Shown here in pieces: positions 38,506-50,726 of a DNA stretch of 64,000 nt (position 1 is the first letter of the stretch; every line of letters starts with the position of its first letter). The stretch lies in NCBI GenBank assembly GCA_054600435.1, contig BAAIJX010000008.1, positions 620,001 to 684,000 on the forward strand, given 5' to 3'. Both the position numbers and the translations under genes were made by a program. Origin of the DNA: Neophaeotheca triangularis (lineage: Eukaryota). The notes under the pieces are model-generated. The model searched no databases. It was not told where the DNA came from and worked only from the letters and a program-made list of their open reading frames with translations.

Positions 38506-39927
38506 ATGTCGTCGCTCTACAACCTTGAACCCCAGCCAACCGCAAAGGTTGTTCTCTCCACCACCGAAGGCGACATCGAGCTCTCCCTCTTCGCGAAACA
38601 GATTCCCCTCGCGTCGCGCAACTTTCTCCAGCACTGCCTCGACGGCTACTACACCAACACTCTCTTTCACCGCGTCGTTCCGGGTTTCATCGTTCAAGGT
38701 GGTGACCCATCCGGCACGGGTTCTGGCGGCGAGGCAGCTATCAACAATGGCGAAGGCTTCGAGCGCGAGCTCCACAGTCGCATCAAATTCAACCGCCGAG
38801 GATTGCTCGGGATACCAGCTGTAGATGACGGGAAGGAGGTACATGGGAGCCAGTTCTTCTTCACGCTGGCGCAGACGCCGGAGCTGGAGGGGAAATGTAC
38901 AATGCTTGGGCGTGTTGAGGGCGATACTCTGTATAATCTCATGAAGATCGGCGAGGGTGTGGTGGAGGACGGTACTGACAGGCCAATGTACCCTGCTAAG
39001 ATAACTGGTTGCGATGTCGTGGTCAACCCATTCGAGGATATGGTGGCTAGGGTCAAGGAGGCGCCTCGCACCAAGGCGGAGAAGGAGGATACCTCGAAGG
39101 GCACGAAGAAGAGAAAGAAGCCGAAGGGTATGCTGAGTTTTGCTGATGAGGGCGACCAAGACGTTCAGCCAGTGAAGAAGAAGAAGGCGAATCCTAACTT
39201 TGTAGACGCTGGACCAGAGATGCCTGAGGAGATGAACAACACCAAGATACCCGAAGCGCCTGCTCCGAAAGTGAGGCCCCAGAAGATGCGATCACCCTCG
39301 CCAGCCCGTCGAGCACCAATGGCGAGGCCAGTCGAGGCCTCGCAGCCGCAGTCAGATTCCGACGACGAGATGCTTGACCAAGGGCCTCCGGCGGTTAAAA
39401 AGTCCAAGCTCGACACCACAAACGAGGAGATTGCGGCGCTCAAAGCGAGTATGAAGAGAACGATCGACACTGGATCAAAGGAGGCGGAGAAGCCAAAGAG
39501 CGCGCTGGAGGCCATGATCCCATCCACTACTACCAAAGGGCGCAGCAAGCGCGGCAAGCCTGGAGATGAGCCGGGCGCTTTCGATGCCTTTCAAGCCTTC
39601 AAGTCGCGTCTTGAGAGCCTGCCCGCCAAGAATACATCCAAGGCCGGCGCTCAAGCGGATGCACCGACTACCACTACAACCGAGGCACCCAAACTAGGGC
39701 CTGACGACCTAGAGGAGACCGACGTGTGCGACCTTCACTTCGTGGCTAACTGCCAGTCGTGCAAGGCGTGGGACGAGGAGGAAGAAGATGAGGACGACAA
39801 CGACGACCCGACTTGGATGGTGAGCGGTTTACATTTTCCGAAAGATACTCTGGGCAAGGACCTCGAGTGGAAGAAGGCAATGGCAGATGTTGAAGTGGTC
39901 GATACTAAGAATTCTGGCGGAAAATAG
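38506..39927 (+). CDS. CWC27: Spliceosomal cyclophilin Cwc27
   Basis: MSSLYNLEPQPTAKV, RNFLQHCLDGYY, FHRVVPGFIVQGGDP and GSQFFFTL, plus the C-terminal CDLHFVANCQSC motif of fungal Cwc27. Confidence 0.92.
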   Translation: MSSLYNLEPQPTAKVVLSTTEGDIELSLFAKQIPLASRNFLQHCLDGYYTNTLFHRVVPGFIVQGGDPSGTGSGGEAAINNGEGFERELHSRIKFNRRGLLGIPAVDDGKEVHGSQFFFTLAQTPELEGKCTMLGRVEGDTLYNLMKIGEGVVEDGTDRPMYPAKITGCDVVVNPFEDMVARVKEAPRTKAEKEDTSKGTKKRKKPKGMLSFADEGDQDVQPVKKKKANPNFVDAGPEMPEEMNNTKIPEAPAPKVRPQKMRSPSPARRAPMARPVEASQPQSDSDDEMLDQGPPAVKKSKLDTTNEEIAALKASMKRTIDTGSKEAEKPKSALEAMIPSTTTKGRSKRGKPGDEPGAFDAFQAFKSRLESLPAKNTSKAGAQADAPTTTTTEAPKLGPDDLEETDVCDLHFVANCQSCKAWDEEEEDEDDNDDPTWMVSGLHFPKDTLGKDLEWKKAMADVEVVDTKNSGGK

Positions 39928-40757
39928 GACATCTGCACAGATTCTCGGCTCAAGGCCCTTGGTAAGGATGAACGGCGAGGCTGATGCAATCAATGCTCGA
40001 GCCATTCTATTAGCGCACTAATACGATACCCAATTGAGGAAGACATGATCTAAAACCTCGTGCTAACCCTACTCGAAGTCTTGGAGAAAGATGATTCGGT
40101 GAAGGGCAATCAACTAGTCCATCGCAGAGTGAATGCGCTGCAATGGGAGAGGTATTGATCCGGATACGGAACGAACGTCTGGAGTGTCGAAATGAATGAG
40201 AGGTCCCTGCAGCAAGACATGGGCTCACCAATTGCTATTGAGGAAACGGAGGAGAATGCTATTGACACCAGAATTCGGACAACGCCAAGGCTCAAGTCAG
40301 ACCTCAGCGATCAAAGAGAGAAGCATGACGGCTTCAGACTAGATTCCATACCAGCTACATGCGAACACACAATGGCGCCGTACAGTCCATGCCACGCGTT
40401 AGAGGCCGCCTCTGTCTCTACACATTCCCACCGCAATGTCAGCTTCACTTTTACTATTGAACACGCAGGGCTTATTGACCCTATTCATCCCTATTCGACT
40501 ATTGAGGCTTGGCTATTGAGTAGAAGTCGCTATTGCTAAGCACGTACAACTAACTGTTCCTATTGCCATCTGACCTTCTTCCTCCCCAATAATCTCTCAC
40601 CACTATTCTCTTTTCTGCTTGCAAGATTCGGCGTCTTCGGGAACAACACTATTTCCGCGGTAGCAGGTCCACAGCAACTCGAATATCAGAACCCAAGATC
40701 TTGATACGGGAAGCTAAAAGAGAACCGATGATACTGGGCGACCGGGACCGCGACGCC

Positions 40758-42254
40758 ATGGACCCCTCCACCTACCCTTCGTCCGCTCCGCCATACTCAT
40801 CTGCCATCGCCCTGGCATTCTTCAGCCTACTACTTGTTTTCCTCATCACTCCGTCAGCGACCTGGCACGTCCGCAACCGAAACATCGGCGCCTCCAGCCT
40901 TGTGATCATCGTTTTGATCAAGAACTTCATGTCCTTTCTGAACGCGGTGATCTGGCCCGCCGACAATCTCAGCGCCTGGTTCTCCGGTCATGGTCTTTGC
41001 GACATACAAGTCAAGATTCAGGTCGCCAGCCATGTCCTTATACCTGCCGCAGCGGCCTGTATGCTCCGCGCTCTTGCCCGCGTCATGGACACCAACCGCA
41101 CCACTCTCGGACTCAGCAAGTCTCAAAAGCGCAAGGACATGGCTATCGAGCTCGTGCTTTGCCTTGGCTTGCCGCTGCTACAGATGCTCGCCCACTACAT
41201 TGTCCAACCCAGCCGCTACTACGTCTACGGTATCGCCGGTTGTGTGCCGACCGTCGACAGCAGCTGGCCAACCGTAGTCCTCGTGCTACTCCCGCCCGTC
41301 TTCCTTACAATCATCGACGCCTACTACGCCATCCTCATCATCATCCGCCTGAGCAAATACCGCCGCGCTTTCACCTCCATCATGGCCAACAGCAACATGA
41401 CAAAGTCGCGCTTCATGCGCCTCTTCCTCATCTGCCTCGTCGTCATCTTCGCCAGCATCCCCGCCCAGGTCTACGTCTTCTACACCGTCCTCCAATGGGA
41501 CTGGCTGCCATTCTCCTGGTCCGCCATCCACTCCGCCGAAGGCTGGAGCGAGATCGTCATGATCCCAAGCGACGGCACCATCTTCTACGACCGCTACATC
41601 TGGCTCGGCGAGGGCATCGTCATGTTCCTACTCTTCGGCGTCGGCAAAGATGCTTTCAAGATGTACAAGAACGGAATGCTGGCCATGGGGTTTGGGAAAT
41701 GCATGCCATGGCTACGAGCCGACCAAAGGAGTACGACGACCGGCAACAGCTTTCTCGCGAGCGTCAACAGCAAGGCCAAAAGCTTGCTCCAAAGGAAGAG
41801 CGTCGTGTCTACTTGGTTCGGCTCCAAGGCTTCACAATCGACCTCCTTCACCGACTCCAGCACCGAAGACTCTCCGAAAAAACTCACTTTCACCGACATC
41901 ATGGAGCAAGACAGCCCAAGGAAGCAGAAACCCCGCCCGAGCCCCCTGGACCTCGAAGCGAACTCGCAGCAGCCTCCCTCTCGTCTCTCCCGCTGGACTC
42001 GCTTCTTCCGTCTTGGCAATCTTGCCGGTGGCAATGCCAAAAAGCAAAGCGAGACTTTGGCTTTGGGCAGTATTATGACCAACCATACTATTACTGTCAG
42101 CTCTGAGGTCAAGGGTGGGGAGATCTCGCCCACGTATCTGAGGGGTCATGACAGAGGAAGGAGCAAGGATGAAATCTACGTCAAGAGGGAGTTGAGGCAG
42201 GCTAGTGTTGCGGCCGAGGGGGAGAAGCCTGTTCAGATGTATGAAGGTGTCTGA
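40758..42254 (+). CDS. STE3: a-factor-type pheromone receptor (7TM GPCR, STE3 family)
   Basis: WHVRNRNIGA, GHGLCDIQVK, HYIVQPSRY..GC and KSRFMRLF; seven hydrophobic segments and a Ser/Thr-rich tail. Alternative start at 40728. Confidence 0.92.
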   Translation: MDPSTYPSSAPPYSSAIALAFFSLLLVFLITPSATWHVRNRNIGASSLVIIVLIKNFMSFLNAVIWPADNLSAWFSGHGLCDIQVKIQVASHVLIPAAAACMLRALARVMDTNRTTLGLSKSQKRKDMAIELVLCLGLPLLQMLAHYIVQPSRYYVYGIAGCVPTVDSSWPTVVLVLLPPVFLTIIDAYYAILIIIRLSKYRRAFTSIMANSNMTKSRFMRLFLICLVVIFASIPAQVYVFYTVLQWDWLPFSWSAIHSAEGWSEIVMIPSDGTIFYDRYIWLGEGIVMFLLFGVGKDAFKMYKNGMLAMGFGKCMPWLRADQRSTTTGNSFLASVNSKAKSLLQRKSVVSTWFGSKASQSTSFTDSSTEDSPKKLTFTDIMEQDSPRKQKPRPSPLDLEANSQQPPSRLSRWTRFFRLGNLAGGNAKKQSETLALGSIMTNHTITVSSEVKGGEISPTYLRGHDRGRSKDEIYVKRELRQASVAAEGEKPVQMYEGV

Positions 42255-42468
42255 TCTTAGCCGCGATCCATCAAGGGGGGTTGTCGATGTTGCTTTCGCG
42301 CGCTCTGCAGGGTGGATTAGGAGAGTCGGCGAATTCCAGTGCTTCAATGGCGCGTTTTTGCCACGAGCGTGGGATCCGTGGCATTGGCAGACTTGGGTCA
42401 CACTTCAAGGCTTCTAGCATTCTATCAACACCATCACTACATCACTCAATTCCACTACAAATCCACCT

Positions 42469-43646
42469 CTACATCTTCCCCTCCATAAAGACCTTCGTAT
42501 CCCTCATAGCATCCTCGGTCGGCTCCAGCGGAAAAGCCGTCATTCCATGCGGCGCGCCAGGATAAATCCTAACCACGCTCTCCCCGCCCGCCATCGCCCA
42601 CTTGGCACCAAACAAGACCGTATCATCGAGCAAGATATCCGCAGTCCCGCACGTAAACAACGCTGGCGGCAATTTCAAAGCAGCAAGATCGGCATACAGC
42701 GGCGAGATTGCGGAATTTTTGCGCTCCATGGGCGACGTCCGGGGCGTGTAAGCTTCCACAAAAGCCGTCATGGTGGATAGCGTGAGCACCGCCGGGTTCT
42801 GCAGGGTGTGTGCTTGTGGCAAGAAGCCGCTGAGGTCGTAGACGCCGTAGCTGAGGACCAGAGCGCGGAAGGCGAAGCTAGGACGGGTTCGGAGCAGTTG
42901 GAAAGCCGTGCAGACGGAGAGGTGTGCGCCGGCGGATTCGCCGCCGAGGAAGAGGAGGGGTGCGTTGTAAGCGCTTTTGGCGTGGTCGACTAGGTATTCG
43001 CCTACGTCGAGGCAGTCTTCGTTGGGTGCTGGGTAGGGGTTTTCAGGGGCCAAGCGGTAGCCGACGGAGATGACGACGAGGTTGTGGGTGTCGGCGTAGT
43101 GTTTCAGTAGCGGGTCGGAGGTGCATTCGTCCATTAGGACCCAGCCGCCGCCTTTGGAGTTGTGGTTAGTTTCATGGTTTTGACGGGGACACTGTTGGGC
43201 GGGCTCGTACCGTGGATGTGGTAGAAAATGCCCTTGGGCTCGCCGCTCGAGGGGCGGAACATTCGACATGGAATCGAGCGTCCTGCTTGTCGGGAGGGGA
43301 TGGTGATGTTCTCGCCGCTAGGGAGGACTGTGGGAGCTGGGAAGGGCGTCTTGCCCTCCCAGCGCATCTTGCGGTATGCTGCTGCGCCGACCTATCGAGA
43401 ATAGAAAAAGTAACATCAGCTCCTGCAAGAGAACACAAAGGAAGCCCGCCAGACTGGTCTGATATTACTCCAACCGCTGAAAGGTAAACTGTCTCCAGGA
43501 TGCGATGATTGCCGACCTACCTCTTCCCATCTCGGCCCTTTCTCCTGGATTTCTATCAATTTCGCATTGAACGCTTTTGTCTTTTCCAAAACGGACTCTG
43601 GAGCGAACTTGCTCGTATTGATCTTGATATCAGACTCGAGAGGCAT
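42469..43646 (-). CDS. Alpha/beta hydrolase, hormone-sensitive lipase (HSL/abhydrolase_3) family
   Basis: Exons 43521-43646, 43211-43391 and 42469-43151. HIHGGGW (restored across the intron), YRLAPENPYPA, GESAG, D..LDD and HG. Confidence 0.9.
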
Positions 43647-45070
43647 CCTTTCGGCCAGACACTTTAGTTTAGAAAAGTTCAAGATTGACCAGCAACAATT
43701 CCAAGAGCTCTATCTAAGGGCAGCGGTATTTTAATGATAGACTTAGACCACGTTGAAGGAGACGAGCGACGACGTGGTGACCTGCCTTGACATGGGCATT
43801 GGCCGAGGTTAAGTAGATTCGCTTCCGCATGCCTGAGGCATCAAGACAGTAACTAAGTGTAGATCCAAAATTCGTATTACTACAAAAGCTACCTATTCAT
43901 CAAGCCTAACAATGAGCTGGAGCTACATTAGTAGGAAGAGTGGAGAACTACCACTCACCAACAACGCCGCGATTGCTCTCTGAGGTCGTGTAAATCAGAA
44001 ACCACTAGCCCACGTACGAAATAAACTTGCAAGAATGGACGAGCATTTGACGTACGTTTTGTATTCGAGAAGCGCTGCCAGAACGAGTCACAAACGCTGT
44101 GGTGTGCTAATGATTAGCTTGCTATTGACCTGTCAGTCTGCACTCGGGTGGCACAGGTGGCGGTAAGAAGGCACGATTTTCCTAGTAAAGCACGGCAGAA
44201 CGTCAAAAGGAAGTAGGTAGTAATAAAAACGGTCCTGGCCTAATAAAAAAAAGCAGGGCCTACGAGGCCGAGGGCATGTTCACTACTGCGCCTCTATAGA
44301 GACAAGAATCCGGTACCTCATAAATGTCGAGGCTACCTTTGCGCCTTGATGATAATCTGCTGTACAACGCCTTGAAACGTTGATTGAAAATGGCCGAGTT
44401 CACTGGATCGTCAACTCACCATGGACACCCCCTAAGCAGCTCCTAACTCAACTAACTCAATGGACTTGACCAAGCAATATTCTTTCGATCCTCTTTCGAT
44501 CCTCTTGATATTCGAAGGTAGTGTGATTTAATTAGCATCGGAATCGACAACTGAAAGCTCTCCGCCCACTCTGAGGGCGTTCTCTTCCGGCTGGGTTTCG
44601 TACAGCTTTTCCGCCGTCACTTCTACCCTTGGCGACAACCGACTTAACAGCTTTCCGCCTGAGATACAAGTATAAGTGATCAATCTGAGCTCCGGATACC
44701 AGCGCGAAAACCAATCGTGGCTTCCGGCACGGCTGGCCAAGACTTACGGCTTTTAGATGCCGCAAGAGGTCCGGGAAGCTATGCGTCCCTGCGTTGGAAC
44801 CTTCGGACTGTCCGGGGGTCTGGAGACTGGAAGAAGCGTACTTGTCTGCTGTACGAAACCCACGCTCTATAACGGGAGTGCAAACGAATATGAGCGCGGA
44901 GCAAGCGGATCTCTGCGTTGCAGTGTATGGTCGAGAACCATAACAGCGGCTAGACCCGTCAGGTGTGTGACTATGGTGGAGCGGTCTCATGGTTGTGAGT
45001 GTTCAGCTCGTCGCGAGGGCCGTGAAATTACGGTTGACGCAGTACACCATCTTAGTTGTAAGCATTACTG

Positions 45071-46700
45071 TCAACCAAAGACAGAGTGGGCACAGCCGCA
45101 AATAAGCAATGGCACCACGGCAATGAGCCAGAAGATCCACACAACACCAACAGCCCCGTAAACTCGCGCCATGCCCATCCAAGTACCATAATAACCTTGT
45201 CGAAGTTTCTCCACATGAGACTTTGAAGGCTTCTCAGCCAGCGCAGCAGCCAACCGATGAGCCACTTGGCTATTGATGCGATCCCAAGTAGTGTCCAAAG
45301 CTTGCTGGCGAGCGGCATGTGCCATTTCCAATCGCAACGGTGTATCTGTAGCCAGTTGTTGCGCGCGCGTGACGAAAGCTTCCAAATCATGCGGTGCGGT
45401 GAGGTAGCCGGTTGTGCCTTGCTTGACCGTCTCAGAGGGCCCGCCTTCCTCGCGCGCGATGACGGGGACGCCCGAAGCCATCGACTCGAGGACGACGAGG
45501 CCAAATGTCTCGGTGATGGAGCAGTGGAGGAAGATGTCGGCTGATGCGTAGGCTCGAGCAAGCTGTATGCCACGCAGAAAACCGGTGAAGATCACGCGGT
45601 CGCCTAGAGGCTTAAAGTAATGGCGCACTTCGGCGTCGACTGCGGAGTTCTTGTTTCCACCGACAATCAGGAGCTTAAATTTCAATGCCGAGTTTGCGAG
45701 CTTTTGTGCTACTTGAGCAAGAAAGTCGAAGCCCTTCTCGGGTGCGAGCCTTGATATGCAGCAGAAGATGATTTCGCCGTTCGGTGCCAGTTCTTTCCGG
45801 AATGAGCCGTCTTGTCTCGAGGGGTTGAAGAGATTGGTATCAACGCCGCGACCGAGCTGGAACATCTTTTTGGATGGTGCGCCAGCTCCCTCCATGTACG
45901 ACCGGACATAGGCTGATGGGTAAAAGATTGTGTGCACGATGGGCGACCGGAAGAGGTAGCCTTGCACCACTTGGAGCAAGAAAACGGCATACTTGTCGAT
46001 CGGCGGCCGGAAAAGGATCGTGGAGTAGTGGGAAAGGTCCGTCTGGAAGTTCAGCAGCGTTGGTGGTGCTTCGTCTAGCTGCATAAGCTGGACGAGGAAT
46101 TGAAATCCTACTGAAGCCGGGCTGGCTAGATATAAGAGGTCTGGCTTGAAGGTCTTGCTGAATGTCACGCCGAGTCGGAAAGGAAAGGCAACAGTGAGAT
46201 CGGGGTTGTAGGGGAGGGGTAAGCCAGATAACCGGAGCTCGGGGTTTTGGTTGTGAAGTCGAGCGGATTCCAACTTCCGCCGGACATCATCGCTCTTGCT
46301 CCGCTGGAGAAGGGGCGGTCCTCTCGCGGGGGCCTGTGAGTGCGAGAAAAGTTCTTTGACCTCCTCGCTCGATTCTACACGGTCATAGTGCCATGTCCAG
46401 GCACCACCTATGGCTCGGCTTCCTAGACTGGTGGCCTTTGCTTGGAATGACTTGACCCAGTCTTGGTTGATTATAGGCTGCCTCTGTGTGCGTGGTTCGG
46501 CAGCGTTGATGTGTTGACCGGCGTAAGTGGGCGCAATTGTTGCCACTTGAACACCATTTTGCCTGAGATAGTCAATGAGAGACTGTGTTGTTCTCGAGAC
46601 ACCATTGACCGGTCCGAGCGACTCGGAAGCGAGCAGAATCTTCTTTCCGCGCAGATGAGTAGGAAATTTGTGTGATGGTAATGGTAGAAGAGGCGTGGTT

Positions 46701-46732
<32 letters not shown>

Positions 46733-46753
46733 GGATATAGACTTGTAGTCCAT
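45071..46753 (-). CDS. Glycosyltransferase family 4 (GT-B; MgtA/SQD2-like) with C-terminal membrane segment
   Basis: ESLGPVNGVSRT, FQTD, GRGVDTNLF, SRLAPEKG and ETFGLVVLESMASGVPV (EX7E); intronless. Confidence 0.88.
46701..46732. repeat. (GTC)n repeat encoding N-terminal poly-Thr of the GT4 protein
   Basis: Read directly. Confidence 0.9.
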
Positions 46754-48237
46754 GTTGATGCCAAGCCCAAACTGGGAAGCTTCTTGTTGCCAAGGCCGCT
46801 GTATCTGGCGACGAGTAGTTGTCTTCTTCTCTACCTAACTGCCAGTCGACGACGACAGGATAGAATGCATCTTTGATCACCGGCAGCATCTATATGTCGC
46901 CAGCTTGACCGTGTGCTTGATAACTCGAGCTACTGACATGAGGACGTGTCGTCGGTCGGTGGTATTGGTAAGATGATGGTGGGAATCCGAACAGTCCCAA
47001 AGACGCCTCCCCTGACCACAGGCTCAAATATATATGCTTGTTCCGCCATGTTAGAGTCATCTCCTCAACAATCACCAAAACCCTAACCTTTTTGTACCGA
47101 AGCATTCGTGAGATTGCTCGAAGACCCCCTCCCCCCCCCAAGCCCTCCCTCCCTCCACGTGCGGCTTCCCATTCGCTGAGATTGCTCCGACTAACCAACC
47201 ACCTCACTGCACCTCCGCTGCTGAGTCTTCTGACTTTGTCATGGACACGCCATGTCCAGTCGAAGTCGTTGCTTGATGCACGCAGCTGCTTGCTGGCTTA
47301 ACGTTGCTCTTCAAGATCAACATCTCGTGGTGGAGTCGCCTTGGACTTGTTAGAACGGTACAGTAGTACTAGTAGATCTCGAGGGGTAAGCAAGGCGATC
47401 CCGACCATTGAGATTTCTGGTTACCATTGTTGTGGCCAATGATGATTTTCTGTTCAGAACACGCTTCTGATTCTCGTCTACGGTCTAGATCAGAATCTGA
47501 TCGTGTCGGGTTTTCATTCCATTACCGGGTCATCATTGCCCCCGAATGCCTGGAAAAATCGGGACTTCCTCGCAGATCCCATGAATGCCGTTCACGCTTA
47601 ACCGTATGGATGCTCCACGAGGCGCCACTACTATCCACATCGTTCCTGACATTATGTGTGCTCTGGCCTATACTGATCCTGCTTTCACTACTGGACGACA
47701 CAAGGTGCTACCTTTAATCTACTGACCAAGCACGCTACACGGGGAATACCAATAAAACTTCTGCCGAAGCTCCTCGTTGCTTTAGTTGTTGAGAAGCGAT
47801 GTAGCGGCAGCAAGATTCGAGACAGCTGGGTGGAGGCTCAATGACGAGGGTAAGACGTGAGTTCTGTGCAGACTTTGAGGCATTTTGAAGTCGTCTGCAC
47901 TACTACTCCTTACCATTCATCTCTGCTTCCTTCGCGAAGGCCAAGTCGTTCTTGAGGAAGACGGAATCGTGACACACGTCCTTTCTCGGAGTTTTGAGTA
48001 GAGCGAGAGAAAGAAGCGAAGTAAGGAAAGGGGGTGGGGGCTTGGGGTGTAAAAGAGGATAGAGGGGCCAACACGCAAAACAGCCCCACCCATTTCAACA
48101 GTACCAAATGAAGCGTATGATACACAAAACCCCACCCCTTCAGCCTTTTCCTTCTCACAAGTCCTCATCATCCCCACACATCCATCATAAGCCGCCCCAC
48201 AACCGCCTCGCCTTCCACTTCCCGTCTCATCAGATAC

Positions 48238-50132
48238 CTAAAAAGTCGTCTGCGCCAACCGACTAGCAGCATTCCGAGCATCAACACGATCATCATCCTC
48301 TTCATCCAACTTTCCCAGCCCACTGCCCTCACTAGCTCTACTCGTCGCCCGCTCCCTCCCCTTGCTGGCACCCTCGCCCTCCTCATCGCCAAACAAACCC
48401 TCCCCTCCGCCCTCAGGAGCCACAAAAGAGCCCGAAATACTGCGGTTAAGCCCGTCAGGTCTACGGGGTACACCGCTCCAAGCATCGCCCTTGGGGCCCT
48501 GCGAGGAAGCCATGCTTGTGCGCCTAACGACAGGGTGGGCTTCGCGACCGAGGCGGGAGAGACCGCCGGAAGCATCGATAGCGCGGACGTCCGGGCGCAC
48601 TTGCTCCAGAGTGGCGAGAGCGCGACGCTCGGCTTCGATTTCGCGGACGGCGTAGTCGCGAAGGGCAGCGCGGAGATCGGTCGAGGTTCGCGTGGTCCAT
48701 TTGCGTTTTTCAGAAAGGAGGTTGGCGGTCACGCGTTGCGTTTTTTGCGATAGGTAGGACTCGTGCGAGCGGGCTTCGTCGAGGGCACTGATGGCTTCGT
48801 CGACTTTGTCGCGCTTGACGCTTGAGGAGGCTTTGAGGCGGTCGGCGGCTTGGAGTCTGCTGCGCGTGGCTTGCTGGGCTTGGATCAATTCGCGGAGGAG
48901 GATGTGGCGGTTTGTGAGGGTTTCTTTGACGATGAAGGCATCGCTGCTGTGGTAGGCCAAGGGGTCAGACAGGGTTGTTGCTTCGGCTGTACCTTGGGCT
49001 GCGTGGAAGTCGCCGGTGTTTTGAATTACTTTGCCGACCTTGCGGTAAGCATTTGCAAGGCCTGGGTGAGTTTCTTGTGCGGTGAGAGTGTTGATTTTGG
49101 TTCCAAGGTCGGATTCTGCCACGCCAAGGGCTGGGGAAAAAGTGTCAGTGGTGGTCTAGCATTGTGTAGTCAAGAGGTTGCACTTACATCTACGGTTCTT
49201 GACAACCTTGTCAATCTTTTGTTGCGCATCCATGCTGCCGAGATAGAAGCTCTTAACGAGTGGCCTACTCTCAAGGAGTTCGGGGGTGTCGTCTGGCGGG
49301 GGCGCGAATTGCTTGAGGTACTTTCTCCGCACGCCAGTAGCAGGCTGCCTCTTCCTGACGACCGGACTGTATCCAAAGTCGCTCTCAACGAAAAAGACCA
49401 TCTCTTCATCCCTCATCAGTACGTCGTTGCTGCAAACGACATTTAGCCATTTTTGTAGTGACGTCTTGGTTCTGTTCTCATCCTCGTCGGTACCCAGCCC
49501 AGCGCTGGTGAACGCCGGGGGCACAGCAGGGACGAATGATTCGGGATTTGCTGCTTGAAGGTGGGACGCAAATTTCTGGAATTCAGAATGGGTTCGTCGG
49601 ATGTCACGAAACTGGGTTGTTCGAAACTTGGGCAGGTTTGTCTGTGGAATGTCAGATGATTGATCTCGCGGACACAGCAGCAAGCAATACATACGTAAAC
49701 ATCAAACCTCAAGATAGGGTCCTTCTTGCCCGTTCTCTCGAGACCAGTGATCTTAGCTTGGAGCTTATACTGGGGCTGAGGCTGCCTGTTCTGAGCGTGC
49801 TGCTGCGAAGCTCCATGGTAGCGCGATCTCCTCTGCTCCTCGCCGTGGCCTTGCTGCTGGCCCTGCAATTGTTGCTGCCATTGGTGCTCTGGTTGTTGCC
49901 GTTGATGCGGATAATCCTCGGGGTCTCCATGGTAGCCAAACTGCGGCCCTCTCTCTTCGTTGTTGTTGTCACCATTGGCAGCCTCAGCACCGCTTCCGCC
50001 AGCTTGCCCTTCCACAGCTGGTGCAGGCAAGTGCTCCTGGCTGATGTTACCACCGAAAGTCTGCCTGCTGGCTTCTGGAGAGCTGGCCCATGGACTCTGG
50101 CCGCCTATACCACTGCCAGCCGGGTAATCCAT
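48238..50132 (-). CDS. VPS17: Retromer PX-BAR sorting nexin Vps17
   Basis: Three exons. YKLQAKITGLERTGKKDPILRFDV|TNLPKFRTTQFRDIRRTHSEF, FFVESDFGYSP and RVDARNAASRLA. An in-frame upstream ATG exists at 50294. Confidence 0.9.
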
Positions 50133-50726
50133 ATCGCCCGGAATGCCGCCGTCTCTAAGAGCACCCTCGTAGAAGGCGCGCTCGCTCTGGCGTCGTTGAA
50201 AGCGGAAGTTAGTGTTGTTGTTCTGCACCGGTCGCTTGGAGTTGGAGTTGGAGTTGGACGAGGAAGAAGCAATGCTGGAGGTCGCGTCGGTCATTGCAGG
50301 TCAAGTAGACACATGACACCGAGTGTCAATGGACGTGGATGGATGGGGGAGAGTCAATGCGCATGCCTCTAGGCAGACTAACTAGCTGGAGCCTTAGGTT
50401 ACTAGTACTTACTAACCGACCGGATACACAAGTTAGGTACCTTACCTAAGGTGGTTAGCCACGGGTAGCTTGGTCTGATGTCGCCCGTAGGTCGCCAAGC
50501 CCTCGACTAAGGTGCGGCCCCGGGCGTTGCAGTCGCCGACTCCGATGTGAGCCCGACCGTCCCGACAACTGCACGGACCATGGTATATGTATTGGCTGTG
50601 AAGAGAGAAGAGGAGAGGGAGACTGGGAGTATCTAAGGAAGATACGATAAGCGTGACAAGACAATCGTTTCTTCAGTATATACCGAGTTCTGATATCTGC
50701 GTCAAGCGTTCAGCACGACGTTTGGT

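Noticed and set aside
40997..42106. 369-aa alternative-frame ORF inside STE3, and similar shadow ORFs such as 17130-17969, 38473-39159 and 49536-50372
   Set aside because: By-products of GC3-rich codon usage in real genes; Arg/His/Pro-rich or antisense, with no motifs.
40758..42254. STE3 as a marker of a mating-type locus
   Set aside because: No MAT HMG or alpha-box gene, APN2, SLA2 or CAAX pheromone ORF was found nearby; receptors are unlinked to MAT in Pezizomycotina.
43700..45050. Possible decayed gene between the esterase and GT4
   Set aside because: Only short ORFs without recognisable motifs.
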